Below are positions 61,464 to 64,000 of a DNA stretch of 64,000 nucleotides, piece after piece. Source of the stretch: an uncultured delta proteobacterium (GTDB lineage: Bacteria; Desulfobacterota; Binatia; Binatales; Binataceae); NCBI GenBank assembly GCA_963842085.1, contig CAWJET010000001.1:2208001-2272000 (forward strand), read 5' to 3'. Numbering within the stretch: position 1 is the first letter of the stretch; each line of letters begins with the position of its first letter. A program made the translations under genes and the position numbers. The notes below the pieces were generated by a model. It did not search any database. It saw nothing but the letters and a program-made list of their open reading frames with translations, and was not told the origin of the DNA.

Positions 61464-62627
61464 TCAATGAAACAGGCGATGCGAGGCAAGATCGGCACCG
61501 GCACGCATCGCGCGCAACTTTGCCCATACAACTTCCTCGGCGACTTCGCCGAGTCCGGCCGAAGTCTCGAAGCCGCAGTCAGTCCCGGCCATCACGCGGC
61601 GCGGATCACCGATCGCAGTGGCCGCGCGCTCGAGCCGGTCAGCGACGACCTCGTGGTGTTCGACATAGTTGGTCTTGGTGTCGATCACGCCGGTGACCAG
61701 GTCCATGTGCTCGGGTAGCGGGAATTCCTTGAAGCAGCGATATTCGTGCTGGTGGCGCGGGTTGGCGGCTTCCAGGACCAGTGCGCCGACGTTGGCGTGG
61801 TAGAGCAGCGGCAGAATCTGCGCAAGCGGGACGTCGAGGTCGTGCGGCGCTTCGTAGTTTCCCCAGCATACGTGCATGCGGACGCGGTCGCGCGCGATTC
61901 CGTGCAGCGCGCGGTTCAGCGCGTCGATGTTCAGCTCGACGTAGTCGAGGAATTCGGTAAGCGAACGGTCTGCATAGGACGTGTGGCGTTCCATCGCGAG
62001 ATCCGGACAATCGACCTGCAGAACGAATCCCTGCGATACTATGTACGCATACTCAGTATGTAATGCTTTGGCGACCGCGATTACGTACTTTTCATAGTTT
62101 TCATAATACTCATTGAGCATTGCCGATGCGATTATTCCCGGCGACGGCGCAGTCATAAACGCCTCACCGAATTTGGTCGGTTGGTCGTCAAGGATGCGCA
62201 GCGTGTCGGCGCATTCGAGATCGACGGCGGCGCGGTCCCGGTACTCGACCTCGCCAATCGCTTTAGGCGCATGCAGCAGATCGACCATCGAGCGCTGAAA
62301 CATCGGCGCCATCATCTTGAGGAAGCTGGGGTAGCGGACGAGATCGCGCATGATGGGACGCTCGCTTCGTCCGCCAAAGCCGGTCATTCGATGCTGCACG
62401 TAGGTGAAGAAGCTTTCGCGCGATTGCTCGCCGTTGTTGCCGACATCGATTCCCGCTTCCAGCTGCTTCTGCACGACGTAGCGGGTCGATTCTTCGATCT
62501 CACGGAGCATCGCGGCGCGGTCCACGTCTTCACCGCGGCTCGTCTTCACAAGCATCGCGGTCAGAGCTTCCCGCCGCGGCAGGCTGCCTGCGTGCGTGGT
62601 TAGAATACGGTCCTCGCTCCGAAGCAT
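61464..62627 (-). CDS. Cobalamin-independent methionine synthase II family protein
   Basis: TTHAGSLPR, HVCWGNY, E.ANPRHQHE, GVID, TDCGF; GGGAGG ribosome-binding site. Confidence 0.88.
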   Translation of the reverse strand: MLRSEDRILTTHAGSLPRREALTAMLVKTSRGEDVDRAAMLREIEESTRYVVQKQLEAGIDVGNNGEQSRESFFTYVQHRMTGFGGRSERPIMRDLVRYPSFLKMMAPMFQRSMVDLLHAPKAIGEVEYRDRAAVDLECADTLRILDDQPTKFGEAFMTAPSPGIIASAMLNEYYENYEKYVIAVAKALHTEYAYIVSQGFVLQVDCPDLAMERHTSYADRSLTEFLDYVELNIDALNRALHGIARDRVRMHVCWGNYEAPHDLDVPLAQILPLLYHANVGALVLEAANPRHQHEYRCFKEFPLPEHMDLVTGVIDTKTNYVEHHEVVADRLERAATAIGDPRRVMAGTDCGFETSAGLGEVAEEVVWAKLRAMRAGADLASHRLFH

Positions 62628-62726
62628 AGCAGTCCCTCCCGGACTCGTTCGCTGGTTCACGCTGCAACATATTGGTAGATCACGAGCGACGGTGCCACAA
62701 TCGCGGCAAAGTCGGGAGATAGTTCA

Positions 62727-63488
62727 ATGGCGTTACTTGCTGGCAAGAGCGCACTGATAACAGGCGCGGCGTCCGGAATCGGCAGAGCGGCGGCGATCGT
62801 TTTTGCGCGCGAAGGCGCGCGCGTGATCGTCGCCGATGTAGCCGAAGAGGGCGGAGAACAAACGGTGCGTGCGATCCGCGACGCCGGCGGTGAGGCGCGC
62901 TTCGTGCCTTGTGACGTGTCACGCGCCGCAGACGTCGAAGCCCTGGTCACGGCGGCAGTCAAGGCATTCGGGCGACTCGACTGCGCGTTCAACAACGCCG
63001 GAATCGCCGGCAGTCAACGCAAGACGGCGGACTACGACGAACTCGAGTTCGACAAAATCATCGCCGTCGACCTGAAGGGCGTGTGGCTGTGTATGCGCGC
63101 CGAAATTCGTCAATTCATAGCACAGAAAAGTCCGGGAGCGATCGTCAACACCGCGTCGGCCGCGGGCCTCGTAGCATCGCATTCGATGCCCGCGTACACG
63201 GCGGCCAAGCACGGGGTCATCGGCCTGACCAAATGCGCGGCGCTCGAATACGCGCGCTCGGGAATCAGGATCAACGACGTATGCCCGGGAGTCGTCGATA
63301 CTCCGCTGATCGAAGGGATGGTCGCGGGACGGCCGAAGCTGGCCGCACGACTGGATGAAGTCGAACCGATTGGACGCAAGGCGCGACCCGAGGAAATCGC
63401 CGAAGCCGTCGTGTGGCTATGCTCAGATGCTGCCTCATTCGTCACTGGATGCTCAATGTCGGTGGACGGCGGGTTAACGGCGCAATAG
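62727..63488 (+). CDS. SDR family oxidoreductase
   Basis: TGAASGIG, NNAG, YTAAKHG. Confidence 0.92.
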   Translation: MALLAGKSALITGAASGIGRAAAIVFAREGARVIVADVAEEGGEQTVRAIRDAGGEARFVPCDVSRAADVEALVTAAVKAFGRLDCAFNNAGIAGSQRKTADYDELEFDKIIAVDLKGVWLCMRAEIRQFIAQKSPGAIVNTASAAGLVASHSMPAYTAAKHGVIGLTKCAALEYARSGIRINDVCPGVVDTPLIEGMVAGRPKLAARLDEVEPIGRKARPEEIAEAVVWLCSDAASFVTGCSMSVDGGLTAQ

Positions 63489-63512
63489 TCAGTAGCTATA
63501 CGAGTAACTACC

Positions 63513-64000
63513 ATGTTCGATCCGTTCATCGAAGCGTGGCAACTGCGCGACTTGGTAATGAAGGGCGAGCTACGTCCGCGCGAGGTCGCGGAGTCTTACC
63601 TGGCGCGAATCGAACGGCTCAATCCCGCGCTGGGGTCGTACATGACGATCACCGCCGACCGCGCGCTCGCCGACGCCGCGCAGCTGGAGGCGTCTCGGGC
63701 GGATGCGGCGTCCATGCGCTTGTATGGCGTTGCGTACTCGCTGAAGGATCTCACGCCGACGGCGGGGATTCGCACCACGCTCGGATCGCGCAACTACGCC
63801 GACTCGGTCCCGCCGCAGGATGCCGTCATCGCGCAGCGCCTGCAGAAGGCGGGCGGAATGCTGCTCGGTAAAACCACCACGCCGGAATTCGGCGGGCGTC
63901 CCACGACTGAAGGCGGCCTTTGCCCGACCGCCCGCAATCCGTGGAATCGCGACTACAACGCCGGCGGATCCAGCGGCGGCGCGGCGGCTGCCGTAGCAGC
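63513..64000 (+). CDS. Amidase signature family protein (truncated by the window end)
   Basis: Manual translation MFDPFIEAW...SLKDL...GKTTTPEFG...NPW...AGGSSGGAAAAVA; not in ORF track. Confidence 0.9.
   Translation, partial: MFDPFIEAWQLRDLVMKGELRPREVAESYLARIERLNPALGSYMTITADRALADAAQLEASRADAASMRLYGVAYSLKDLTPTAGIRTTLGSRNYADSVPPQDAVIAQRLQKAGGMLLGKTTTPEFGGRPTTEGGLCPTARNPWNRDYNAGGSSGGAAAAVA

Overview
GC-rich bacterial chromosomal window. The gene repertoire (DZR-cyclase-AAA-TPR proteins, split atpFFHAGDC operon headed by a bactofilin, many P450/CoA/F420 enzymes) suggests Candidatus Binatia or a related deltaproteobacterial-type soil lineage; this is inference only. 1-15 kb is accessory: a TolB/TPR class III cyclase, then a TetR-controlled aromatic ring-hydroxylation/meta-cleavage cassette lying between the two halves of a decayed integrase-type transposase, then a divergent pair of STAND (AAA+TPR) proteins with closely similar sensor domains but different outputs (cyclase vs winged helix), flanking a GST and a triple 11-bp-phased repeat. 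15-44 kb is mostly core or metabolic: ATP synthase, an ABC exporter with a putative leader-peptide attenuator, PadR, miaB, tandem P450s plus a 68-aa internally deleted P450, propionyl-CoA carboxylase and methylmalonyl-CoA mutase, pyruvoyl arginine decarboxylase, an Rdx selenoprotein (CxxU + SECIS) that the ORF track truncates, hemQ and cbiA. 44-64 kb holds CoA-transferases, a frameshifted GH78, acyl-CoA dehydrogenase, frmA, MOSC, a Tat-exported vanadium haloperoxidase with a non-canonical active site, a sulfatase, dehydrogenases and an amidase. No rRNA, tRNA or CRISPR array was recognised. All family calls come from motif recognition by eye, not database searches.
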